Source: Hypanus sabinus (taxonomy: Eukaryota). From it: a stretch of DNA of 64,000 nt. Numbering within the stretch: the first letter of the stretch is position 1; every line of letters begins with the position of its first letter. The stretch lies in the NCBI RefSeq assembly GCF_030144855.1, contig NW_026779226.1:62001-126000 (forward strand), written 5' to 3'. This document shows, piece by piece, positions 25,834-37,838 of the stretch. The position numbers were made by a program, and so were the translations under genes. The notes under the pieces are model-generated. The model searched no databases. It saw only the letters and a program-made list of their open reading frames with translations, and was not told the DNA's origin.

Positions 25834-28800
25834 GAACATTTAAAAAAGAGCGAATTTGAACATGCGTTTTCGCGAATCAACGGGTATGGTCAGCCCGCTG
25901 GTTATTAAGAAACGTTTGTGGTTCGTCATGACATTAAATTAGATGTTCCATTTTGTGAAACAGAGTAGAGAAATATATTCAACATATTGAAACTGTTGCT
26001 CGGATTTCAGAGTGGCCGAAGGAGAAATGCTCAGTGACGTTTCACAGTGTAATTAAAGGCAAGGCACAAAGTTTATACAGCTTTAGAAGATGAGCAAACA
26101 CTTGATTCTGATATTGTGAAGCAGTATATAGTGAAACCTGTGAACAGGATCCGGAAGCATACAGAGAAAGATTCAGAAATTTGAAGAAATCCGTGGGGGG
26201 GGGGGGGTGGGAAAGGACATCGAATTTGCTGTGTCTTTTGAGAATGTAAATCGGGACTATAATAAGTTGATTTTAATGGAGGAATTTAAAAGGAACATCC
26301 CTTTTGAAGATGGGAAGTACTTAAATGAGAGGGACACTGCTAGGTTGCAGGAGTCTGCTAAATTAGCTGATGAGTATGTTTTAATCCTGTTACATACCCG
26401 GTCGCTGTCTTATAACAGTCTTCTTATCATGATGTAATTGAGTGTCGGGTGAGAATGTTGTCATGGTTTCGTGATAGTGGATTGATGAAATTCCCCGCCA
26501 TTGTGATTTCAAGTGATTTAATTTTCCCGGCAGTGTCCATGTGATGCGTGTTCCAACAGATATAAAACGAAAGAGCCTTGCTGTGACGAAGGTCAGTTGG
26601 TAGTTTAATTGTTCAGTTACTGCGTTTTGCTGCGTATCGTCACATGATGCAATTCAGTTCTAAAGTGGTGTATTCCATTCTATCTTAAGTTTCAAAGGCT
26701 ATTGCCGGCAGTTTCGCCACAACGCTGTCAGATTTAGTCCAGCCGGAGAGTGATGAATTCACCCATTTACGGAAAATCCGATTGATCGAGTAAAGGAGGT
26801 GTCGTCGGCGGTAATACAGGGTGGAACTTATTGATTCCTCGTTCAAAGTGAGAGTAACCTGCATCAGAGATAGGCCCTGGTATAAGGGCAGAAAGGTTTG
26901 AGACAGTGTCTTTCGCCAAGGAAAAAGTTCCTTTCAGCCGTTTTAATTTCTTTCGTCTTAAATCCTTCGGGCAAGGCATATTTCGGTTGCGATCAGCAGT
27001 AAACGACACGTCGTCGAGGAACTCGTAACTTCATCAAAGTCTCTCCTAATTGACAGTCCAGTATACTTGGACTTTGAAATTTATCGCTTTAAAACTGTGT
27101 TTGCATTGATCACTTTCAGAACTGTTCGAGTAAATTTGGTATCGTCGGCGGTCATCCAAGGTTGAACATATTGATTCCTCGTTCAAAGAGATAGTAACCT
27201 GCATTCGGGATAATCCCTGCTAAAAGAGCAGAAATGATGTGGGCAGTGTAATTCGCCAAGGAAAACTGTCATTCCTTTAAGGCGTTTTAATTTCCTTCAT
27301 CGTAAATCCTTCGGATAAGGCATATTTCCGCTGGGAACAGCAGTAACTTCACGTCGTCGAGGAATTCGTTACTTCCGGAAAGTCTCTCTTAACTTACTAT
27401 CTAAATTACCTGGACTTTTTATTTATCGTTTTAAGACTGTTCATTTTTATCGCGTTAAGAACGCGTTCACAATTATCACTTTCAAAATTTCAATATGGCG
27501 AGTTTCCGGATAGCAGTTACCTTCCGGGTAAGTTAGTCATTTATTTACTTTAATAGTTTTTGAACTGAGTTTAAATAAACGTTTCTTTCTTTATAAAAAC
27601 ATGTCTCAGTTCTGTATTCATTGTTGCCGTACCGTAGCAAATGGGGGCTCTCGGGACAGGTTCTGTCTTTGTGTTTGAATGCTTCTTTACGTAGCAGTCT
27701 GTTTTGGAAAAGGGAAATACCCGATTCTTCTCTTTGATTCTTCTCTTCTCTTTGATTGGTTTGTGGGTGGTAATTGGCAACAATGAATATTGACGACTTT
27801 CTCTCATCTCCAGAGTTATTACCGAAGGCAAAATTTGAAGAAACCCGTAGAACATCTTACGTGGAATTGCCTACGATAAAGATGTGTGTTTTGAGAGATG
27901 GGCTTTCTGTAAATATGTAAATAGCCAAGGAAAAAGTTCAGTTCCTTTAAGCTCGTTTAATTTCCTTCGTCGTAATTCCCTCGGGCAATGAATATTTCTT
28001 GTTGGATCATCAGTAAAGTTGCGTCGATACTTCGTTTTTTCAATGAAGGCTCTCCTAATTGACTGTCTAGATCACTTGGACTTTTACTTTTATCTTTTTA
28101 AGACTGTGTTTGCATTTATCCCTTTAAGACAGTGTTTGCATTTATTGCTTTAAGAACTGTTCGAGTTACCGTATAGCAGTTAACTTCCGGTTACGTTCGT
28201 CCTTTGCTTATTTTCCATTGTTGTTGAACTGAGTTTAAATAAGTGATTCTATGTTTATTCAAAAACCTGTCTTAGTTCTATATTAATTGCTGCCGTACCG
28301 TAACAACTGGGGGCTCACGGGATATGGTCTGTTTTATGTTTAAATGCTTGTTTACTTAGCAGTCCGTTTTGGACAAGTTGAATACCCGATTCTTTTGTTT
28401 GATTGGTTTGAGGGTGGTATTTGGCAACAATGAATATTGGCGAATTTCTCTCATTACCATAGTTATCAGCGAAGGCACAAAAGTGTGATGTCCCTGAGAT
28501 TGGCAGCAGGTTGGAACTTACGGGTATTTCGACATTGACAACACAGCCTGTAATTCAGAGGAAAATTGCGGAGCACTATGTAGATTAGCATGCTTTGATG
28601 CAACTATGTTAGATAGGTTCACGGTAAGTCAAACAGCAGTCCAGTTAAACCTGGAATAGGTAGCGTAAATCCCAGTTAAAATAATTCTTAAACGAGAGGG
28701 ACACTGCTGCCTTGCTAAATTAGCTGACGAGTATCCTTTAATCCTGTTACATTCCCCGTGGGTGTATTGTAACTCTCTTATGACAAGATTTAATTGAGTA

Positions 28801-30633
28801 TCTCGTGAACATGATATTATGGTTTTCTGATGGTGGGGTGATATAATTACACGCCAATTTGGGGTCACATGATGTAATTTTCGCGGTAGAGGTCATGCGT
28901 TGGCCTGTTCCAACAGGTAGAAAACGGGAAAGTCTTGCTGTGACGCAGGTCAGTTCTTTGTTTAATACATTATTTACTTGGTTATGCTGCGTATTCGTCA
29001 CAAAATGCAGTTTTGTTTTAAAGTGGAACTTTACTTTCCATCATCAGTTTAAAAGGTTATTACCGGCTGTTTCGTCACAACGCTGCCAACTTTAGTCCAG
29101 TCGGACAGTGAAAGTTTTGCGCAATTACAGAAAACCCGAAGGATTGTGTTAAGTTGGCGTCGCGGACGGTAGTACAGAGTAACCCTTATTGATTCATCCT
29201 TCAATGAGATAGTAACCTACATCCGAGATAATCCCTACTATTAGAGCAGAAAGGATTGGTGCAGTGTCATTCGCCAAGAAAATATCAAAGTTATTTCAAG
29301 CCGTTTTAATTTCCGTCATCGTAAATCTTTAGGGCAAGGCATTTTTTTCTAGGAACAAGAGTAACGTCGACGTTGAGAATTTTTTTACTTCAGGAGAGTC
29401 CTTCCTAATTGACTGCCTAATTCACTTTGACTTTTATATTTATTGCTTTAAAATTATGTTCGCATTTATGTCTTTAAAACTGTATTCGCATTTATCGTTT
29501 TTAGAACTGTTCGAGTTGCCGTACAGCATTTAACTTCCAGTTAAGTTATTCGTTTGATTACTTTTCGATTGTTGCTGAGCTGAGTTTAAGTAAATCTTTA
29601 GATATTTGTATAAAAATCTTTTCTATGTTCTATATCCATTATTGATATAGGGTCATAATTGTGAGCTCTTGTGGTATGTCCGTTTTTGTGCTTAAACGCT
29701 TGTTTACTTAGTAGTCTGTTTTGGCAAAGGTAAATACCCGATTCGTTTGATTGAATAGTTTGTGGGTGGTATTCGGTAACAATGAATATTGACGACTTTC
29801 TCGCATCACCAGAGTTTTCAGCGATGGCCAAAAATAGTGGTGCACCTGAGATTACTAGCAGGTTGCAACTTAAGGGTTTTTCGACGGCTACAGTGCTGCC
29901 ATGTTTAGATTAGTCGGAGAGTGAAGAATTTACCGAATTGCGGAAAACCGGAAAGATCGAGTAAAGTTGGTGTCGTCGGCGGGAATACAAAGATGACCTT
30001 ACTGATTCTTCGTTCAATGAGATGGTAACCTGGATCCGAAATAATCCCTGCTATAAGAACAGAATGGATTGGGGAAGTGTCATGCGCAAAGGAAAAAGTC
30101 AGGTACTTGAAGTAGTTTTAATTTCCTTCGTCGTAAATCATTCGGGCAAGGCGAGTTTCAGCTGGAATCATCACTTACTTCAGGAAAGTGTCTCCTAATT
30201 GACTACCTAAATCTCTTGGACGTTTACCTTTATCGTTTTAAGATTGTGTTCGCATTTATCACTTTAATAATTGTTCGAGTTGCCGAACAGAAGTTAACTT
30301 CCGTTTAAGTTAATCATTTGTTTACTTTCCACTTGATGTTGAGCTGACTGTAAGGAAATGTTTCGTTGTTTATAAAGTATAAAGACATGTCTCGGTTGTA
30401 TACCCATTGTTGCCATAATGTAACAACAGGGGGCTCCCGGGATATATCTCGCTTTTGTGTTTAAACGCTTGTTTACTTAGCAGCCTATTTTGGAAAATGT
30501 AAATGCCTGATTGTTTTGTTTGACTGGTGTATGGGTGGAATTCGTAAACAAGGAATATTGACCACTTTCTCGAATCACCAGATTTTTTTTAGCGAAGGCG
30601 AAAAAGTGTTATGTATCTGAGATTGCTAGCAGC

Positions 30634-31119
30634 TTGCCACTTAAGGATATTCCGACGGTTGCAACAAAGCCAGTAATTCAGAGGAAAATCGTTGAACACA
30701 ATATAGATTACGGTGTTTTTGTTGCAGCTGTGTTAGGTAGGTTCCTTGTAAGTCAAGCAGCGATCCAGTTACACCTGGAACAGGTAGCTTTAGAAAAGTT
30801 TTTGATAGAAGCTGAGTTAAAACAGAAACAACTGGAAGCGAACTCAGAGCTAAGTCGGTTGGAAGCTGAAAATAAAAAGAGTGAATTTGAACTTGCGATG
30901 GCGGAATTAAGGTCTGGTGATCGGTTCTCTGGTTGTAGAAAAACGTTTGTTGTTAGTCAGGGAATTAAAGTGGACCCTGCATTTCGTGAAACAGCAGCAG
31001 AGAAGTATTTTCAACATTTTGAAACTGTAGCTCTGATTTCAGAGTGGCCGAAAGAGAAGTGGCCAGTCAAGTTACAAAGTGTAAAACAGGCAAGACACAA
31101 CGTGTTTATACAGCTTTAA
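30634..31119 (+). pseudogene. Longest gag remnant in the array
   Basis: Coiled-coil followed by IKVDPAFRE..AEKYFQHFETVA...WPKEKWPVKLQSV, the Gypsy/Gmr1 gag capsid motif. Confidence 0.75.
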
Positions 31120-33289
31120 CTGTTGAGCAAGCATTTGATAATTATATTGTGAGGCAGCATATATAGAAATCAATTAATTGGTTCAGGAAGCAGAAATAAA
31201 ATATTCAGAGATTTGAACAAATCCGTGAAAGAAAAAAACTTACGTGGAAATTGCCTACGGGAGAGCGGTGTGTGGGGAGAGATGGTATTTCACTAAAAAT
31301 GTAAATGGATCTATAATAAATTGAAAGCGTTGATTTTAATGGAGGAATTTAAAAATAAAATCCCTGTTGAAATAAGGATTGTTAGATTATGGCAACAATT
31401 GGTACCGAACCGAGACGTTTTTTTCATATATAAACAACGAATCATTTCCTTAAACTCAGCTCAACAACAAGTGAAAAGTAAAGAAACGACTAACTTAAAA
31501 TGAAGTTAACTACTGTACGGCAACTCTAACAGTTATTAAAGTGATAAATGCGAGGGGCACTGCTGTGTTGCAGGAGTCTGCTGAACTAGCTGACGAGTAT
31601 GCATAAATCCTCTTACATCCCCGTGGGTGTCTTGTGACTGTCTTATGACAAGATTTGAATAAGTATCTGGTGAGCATGGTATTATTGTCTGGTTATGGTG
31701 GGGTGAAGTAATTACCCGCTAATGTGAGGACCGTGTAAACCTGGGGTCATCCGCGTTAATACAGAGTTGTCCTTATTGATTCCTCGTTCAATGAGATAGC
31801 AACCTACACCCGAGATAATCGCTGCGATAAGAGCAGAAAGGATTGCTTCAGTGTCATTCGCCAAGGTAAAAGGTCAGTTCTTTTAAGCCATTTTAATTTA
31901 CTTCCTCGGAAATCGTTCGGGCAAGGCAAATTTCGACTGGGATCAACAGTAACACAACGTCGTCGATGAATTCGTTACTTCAGGGAAGTCTCTCCTCATT
32001 GACTGTCTAAAGCACCTTGACTTTTACATGTATCTTTTTCAGACTCAGCTCGCATTAATCGCTTTCAGATAGTTTTTGCATTTATCGCTTTAAGAACTGT
32101 TCGAGTTGCCGTATAACAGTTAACTTCCGGTTAAGGTAGTCGTTTGTTTACTTTTCCATTATTGTTGAGCTGAGTTTAAATATAGGTTTCTTGGTTTATA
32201 AAAACCTGTCTCAGTTCAATGTTCTATGCTGCAGTACCGTAACAATTGGGGGCTCTCGGGATTTTTTCAGATTTATGCTAAAATGCTTGTTCTCTTTGCA
32301 GTCAATTTTGGGAAAGGAAAATACCCGATTCTTTTGTTTGATTGGTTTGAGAGTGGTATTCAGCAGCCATGAATATTGACGACTCTCTCGCATCACCATA
32401 GTTATTAGTGAAGGCGAAATAGTGATGTGTCTCTGATTGCAAGCAGTTTGGAACTTAAGGATATTTCGATGACCACAACAAAGCCTGTAATTCAGAGGAA
32501 AATCGCGGAGTCTATATAGATTAGGGTGTTTATAATGCAGCTGTGTTCGATAGACTCCCTGTAAGTAAAGCAGCGAGCCAGTTACACCTAGAACAGGTAG
32601 CTTTAGAAATGTTTGGAATAGAAGCTGAGTTAAAACAGAAACAATTCGAAGCTAACTTGGAACGAAGTCGGTGAGAAACTGAGTATATAAAGAGGGAATT
32701 TGAACATCCGATGGCCGAATTAAGCTATTGTCATCAATCCTCAGTTTCTAGTAAAAATGTTTTTTCTTAGTCAGGAATTTAAATTAGTTCCTCCATTTAG
32801 TGAAACAGAGGTAGAGAAATAGTTTCAACATTTTGAATCTGTTCCTCTGATTTCATAGTGGCCTATGGAGATATGGCCAGAGATGTTGCAGATTATAAAA
32901 AAAGACAAGGCACGACGTGTTTATACAGCATTAACTGCTGGGTTTCCTCCCTTCAGAGTATTCTGGACCAGTTACGAGACATCCCGTACCCTGGCAAATT
33001 AGAGGCAGTACGCCATATGGGTATCTCTATCAGGCTCACAGAATCTTCTGACTTTTCTCCTGACTATGGAATCTATATCATGACGTGGTTATATGACCAT
33101 AAGTCCATAGGTTATAGGAAAAGAATTAGGCCATTCGGCCGAGTTCCCACTGACTGCCTTCACCCCTTAACCTTCGACGCCCCGGCTAATCAAGAACCTG
33201 TCTATTTCTGCCTTAAATCTCGGACCAGGGCTGAGATGGCCTGTTTCCGTGCTGTAATCGTTATATGATTATATGGTTATAAATGCACC

Positions 33290-33990
33290 CAATAGTCATT
33301 GGGTCTCTTCACAACCGCTTGGGATAACAAATTCCACAGATTTAGCACTCTCTGCCTAACGAGATTTCACCGCATTTCTGTTCTAAATGGACATCCTTCA
33401 ATCTTGCCCTCTTGATCTTCAATCCCCTGCCCCATATCTAATCTGTTCTGGCCTTTTAACATTTAAACTATTTCTATACGAACCCCCCTCATTTTCCTGA
33501 ACTCCAGGGAATGCAGCTCATGAGCTGCCAACATTTCCTCATGCGGTAACCCTTTCATTCCTGGAATCATTCTTGTGAATCTTCTCTGAATCCTCTCCAA
33601 TGTCATTGTATCCTGTCTGAAATAAGGAGCCCAAAACTGCAGACAATACTCCAAGTATGGTCTCATGAGTGCCTTATAGAGCCGCAACATTACATCACAT
33701 AAGTAATTGTCTGCCCGTTTATTGCTTCTGCCAAAGGGCATGGCCATACACTTTCCAACATTGTATTCGACTTGTCACTTCTTCCCTAAACTATCTCAGT
33801 CTCTCTGCAGTCTGAGTGTCCTCAGCACGACACGCTCCTCCACCTATCGTTCTGTCATCGTCAATTTTAGCCACAGATCCATTAAGACAGTTTCCCAAAT
33901 CACTGACAGATATGCAACTTAAAAAGCAGCTGTTCCAACGATGAGCCCTGTGGAACTGCACTGTTAACCGGCAGCCAGCCAGAGTTGGAT
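33290..33990 (-). mobile_element. CR1 LINE ORF2 fragment
   Basis: ORF 33463-33747 RPYLEYCLQFWAP...ERIQRRFTRMIPG. Confidence 0.8.
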
Positions 33991-34124
33991 TCCATTATTT
34001 CCACTCTCTGTTTTCTGACGAACAGCCAATACTCCAGATAGATTAATGTTATAATTCATGTAACGTTATCGTTTAGTTTCTGCCACCTCAATATCTTTAA
34101 AAACCTCTATTCTGGCTGGTTGGC

Positions 34125-34405
34125 NNNNNNNNNNNNNNNNNNNNNNNNNNNNNNNNNNNNNNNNNNNNNNNNNNNNNNNNNNNNNNNNNNNNNNNNNNNN
34201 NNNNNNNNNNNNNNNNNNNNNNNNNNNNNNNNNNNNNNNNNNNNNNNNNNNNNNNNNNNNNNNNNNNNNNNNNNNNNNNNNNNNNNNNNNNNNNNNNNNN
34301 NNNNNNNNNNNNNNNNNNNNNNNNNNNNNNNNNNNNNNNNNNNNNNNNNNNNNNNNNNNNNNNNNNNNNNNNNNNNNNNNNNNNNNNNNNNNNNNNNNNN
34401 NNNNN
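34125..34405. other. Assembly gap (N run); further gaps at 54256-54447, 60982-61247 and 62972-63130
   Basis: N runs of unequal length. The last three fall next to or at positions homologous to simple-repeat tracts. Confidence 0.99.
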
Positions 34406-35699
34406 AGTGAGTCAGATAAAGTATCTACAACATGGTAAATAGCCAAGTCAATGATTAGCCGCTAATTAGGAAAGCACAGGAAGCTTTAAATATTGGTGAG
34501 ACTCAAGAGGCTCCAATTTCTTTGTCCTTGTCAGGAACTAAAGAAGTAAGGCAACCGTTCTTGACAAAGGCGCAGCTGGACTTTGGTGTGATTTTCTTCC
34601 CTTAAACCAGGGACTTGATTCAGGGATTAGGATTCCTAATTGAGGTTTAGGAGCATTTGTGACATTGATGACATCAGGTGTTAGAACGGGAGTGGATAAG
34701 AACACTCACCGCCCCGCTGATAAAACCTGAACCAAACTCGCCCGTTTCTCAATAGTTCGGAGCTTTCGACATATTTAAAGGTGTTTAGTGTTGCAGATTT
34801 CTTGCAAATTATATAAATATTTTATCTGTAGGGCAAATATTTCAATGCGGCTTTGTCATGACTGTGATGATACTTGTTACAACTATTACTTTAGGGACAA
34901 TATTAACCACGTTCATGTTTCATCCTCTTTAACTTTCCTCTTTTCATTCAGCATATGGTGGTGTTTTTTTACAAACATCGATTTCTGTCTGTTATCTGCG
35001 TTCCCAATGGCTGCATCTATTGAATAATTGTTGTTCTTTGTCTGAACTGTGTTTTATATTATCCGGACGGTTATTATGAATCGCCCTGTCTGTAATCACT
35101 GATCGGTCCTCATGTAATTTGTAGGAATCTGGCTCTTGTATTTACAGTAAGGTTTTGTGCCTTTTCTGTTTCTCAGCAGCTGGTAAAACTTCCTTCCTGG
35201 GCTTATTTACCCTGTCGATGTTCCACCGTCTTTGACTTTCCTCTTTTATTTCAGCCCACTTCAGCTTTTTTTTTCAGATATTGATGTCTAACTGTTATGT
35301 GTGCTCCAAATGATTATATCCATTAAATAATTTGTTTTTATAACTCTTTCAGCCTATAGTAAACTGCATACTCTCTGTACAGGCCTGGACTATTTTAACA
35401 ATGGTGAGAAATTGAAAAAAAAAGCAGAGCTTGAGAACATTTTGGGAAGATTCCCTTCAGGAAGATATACAGAAAGTTGAGCAAGCGAAATGCAAGGTTT
35501 GCACCCATTTCCAGACAGCTGGGATGTAAAAGCAAATCTTTAGCAACCTTTTGTTCGGTATAGTCTTCCTGGTTCCGGCCTCACAAGCACGTGGCACGGG
35601 TTGGAAATCCTGAAAGTCCTGCCTTTTAACTTAGCTCTACTCCCGGAATTGGCATTGCAGTACTTCTTCCATCATCCTACTCATGTCACTGGTAACTCA

Positions 35700-36560
35700 A
35701 TGGGCCACTTTTCCTGGCTGTTCACTCTCCCAGTTAATTATGCTGAGGACTCAACCCGAGACATCCCTGATGTTGTCGCGACAAAACCAGCTGTCCGCAC
35801 CACGAACGAATACCGTATCACCACAATGTGACTTTCATGATGCTGCTCCCCGCCCACCCCACATACACGCAGACACCGCATCGCTCAACGCCCACTTCCT
35901 TTCTGAGCCACTGAGGCCAACTGACTGCTGGACACCCGACCATTGTGACTGAACACAGTTAGGTGATTCTCCCGACACCCAAACTCCGCGATGGTATCCA
36001 AAATGTTGTGGGAGATGACCACATGAGATCTCTGTCCTGAACCCTTCAGCCCTTTCTCCTTCCAGACTGTCACACATTCTCCTGTGCCCAGGGCCCTGGG
36101 TGTAACTTCTTCTCTATATTTCCTTTCTATCACTGAGCCTCCCGAATGATGTCGTCCATTTCAAGCTCATTCTCCTTAACGCAGATTGTTCGAAGCTGCA
36201 GCCTGAACGCAGCTTTCGCAGCTGTGCTCGTCAGCGCTGCTGGAGGTCTCCAAGCCTTCCCAGATCCCGCAAGAGGAGCACGTAACTATCCCGCTTGGCA
36301 TCTCTGTTTTCCTAACTGATCAGATTTAAAGAAGGGAAGAAAAACAATCTTCACTAAGTACTTTCCTTTGTCTACTCTGACTGTAGCGTCCCTGAGCTGA
36401 AGCCTCGGCGAGAGGAAGCCCGAAGATCACCAGCTTGACGGTCCATTCAGAAGATGGCTGCTACATTTGACACTGCCTTCCTCTTGCAGATCAAGCGCGA
36501 ACTACGCCTGGACGCTGGTCAAAGAATGTTTCACTGCAAGGGCGCGCTGTCGCTTTTTAT
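35700..36560 (-). mobile_element. CR1 LINE 5' UTR/ORF1 fragment upstream of GPCR C
   Basis: IERKYREEVTPRALGTGECVTV; homologous to the fragments upstream of A and B. Confidence 0.65.
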
Positions 36561-37187
36561 ACCCGTGCGGAGTGAAATTCTCCTTTCCCAAATCACGCGA
36601 TGTCCAGTTTGGCCGCTGGTTCGAAGCTGCTTTCCCTGAAAATCATTATTTAAAATTATCTAATTTTATATTATTTTCAATACACCTATGCAACTGTATT
36701 TTTTAAGAACGGTATTTATGAAATAATTTTTAAAATCTGTTTATGTTAATATTCTGCTGATTTTATTTAATATTTGCTGCGTTAACTCTCTTTTCCAGAC
36801 CTGTTGTATTTCAGTGTCTGACTGTGTGTTAATAGGTTTCTCAGTTTAGTGTCCATTTCCAGACACGACACGCATCCGTGGAAAGACACGACTGCTCGGA
36901 TTATTAGACACACTTCCAATATGCGTTTGTACTGCTTCTCTGGCAGTTTACAAAGAAAGGGTTAACTGCACTTGTTATTTCGAAGAACTTAATGAAGGGA
37001 GTGTCCCTGGGGTCTGTCGCCGTCACCGCGGAGGTGTGGCTTCTAGTTACTTGTTCTATGAATATGTCTCTCTCACAATGTCAGTTTCAGTTGAGCCGCC
37101 AGTCTACGCTACCAGAGACCAGCGGGTTTCAGATAGAGAGAGGGGACAGAGGCTGCATCGGAAACAGGAATATGGAGTATTGAAATA

Positions 37188-37256
37188 ATGGATCTGCAAA
37201 ATGCATTACGGAATACTGCGGCATCTGTAAATAATATTTCCTCGATGTATCAGTAA
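37188..37256 (+). other. uORF formed from the ancestral start codon of GPCR C
   Basis: ATG GAT CTG CAA ... TAA (22 codons). The ATG is homologous to the start of B but out of frame with TM1. Confidence 0.65.
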
Positions 37257-37269
37257 CTGATTAAAAATC

Positions 37270-37366
37270 ATGAAGTTGCAGTTGCCGTTGGACTATGAAC
37301 TTTATTATGCGCTTGAGTCCTTCAAACTGGTTTACTACCCTGTCCTCGCCATTGTAGCTGTCCCCG
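37270..37366 (+). CDS. GPCR paralog C, exon 1 (from the secondary ATG)
   Basis: MKLQLPLDYELYYALESFKLVYYPVLAIVAVP + G|GTAAGT; phase 1, in frame with exon 2. Confidence 0.78.
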
Positions 37367-37838
37367 GTAAGTGTCTCGTCTCTTCCTCGTGAGTAAAGAT
37401 GTGAAATGTTACTCAGCTTCTCCTTCATAACTGTCCTGTATCGACGCGCTAAATGCATGGCTGGTCTCTCAAACCGGGACAGCTTCAGCAACACTGGCTG
37501 AGTGCATTGCGGCGTTGTCTATGCCTTTTCGCCTCTCAAACACTTCCACCATGTGACCTCTCTTGCACCTTTATTCCAAGAGAAGCAAGTCTCAGCTCCC
37601 ACAATCTCTCCCTGCAGGGAGTGGTCTCCAATCCGGGCAGCGTTCCGGCACATTTCATCTGCACTCTCAGTGAAGCATACACATGCTTCCGGCGCTGAGG
37701 TGAACAGAATTTCTGGTCGTTATGTTCCACAGTCCAGTTGGGACCTGGTAGGATTAATCAGGCTTTCTCGAAGTTTGTTGGAGCAGACAGCTTCGCTGGA
37801 ATAGACAGGTAGATAGATAGATAGATAGATAGATAGAC

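Larger units (their letters stand above)
22030..32945 (+). mobile_element. Tandem array of internally deleted Gypsy (Gmr1-like) LTR retrotransposon units: LTR-PBS-gag 5' portion, repeated ~7 times
   Basis: Repeated LTR body (cgagataatccctgcta..agagcaga..., tctcctaattgactgtcta). LTR end ...gtaaca is followed by TGGGGGCTC..GGGAT at 23522, 24342, 27642, 28308, ~29660, 30428 and 32247, each followed by gag fragments. No pol seen. Confidence 0.85.

Noticed and set aside
34066-34446. Long ORFs spanning X runs (also near 54.2, 61.0 and 63.0 kb)
   Set aside because: They are artefacts of N gaps.
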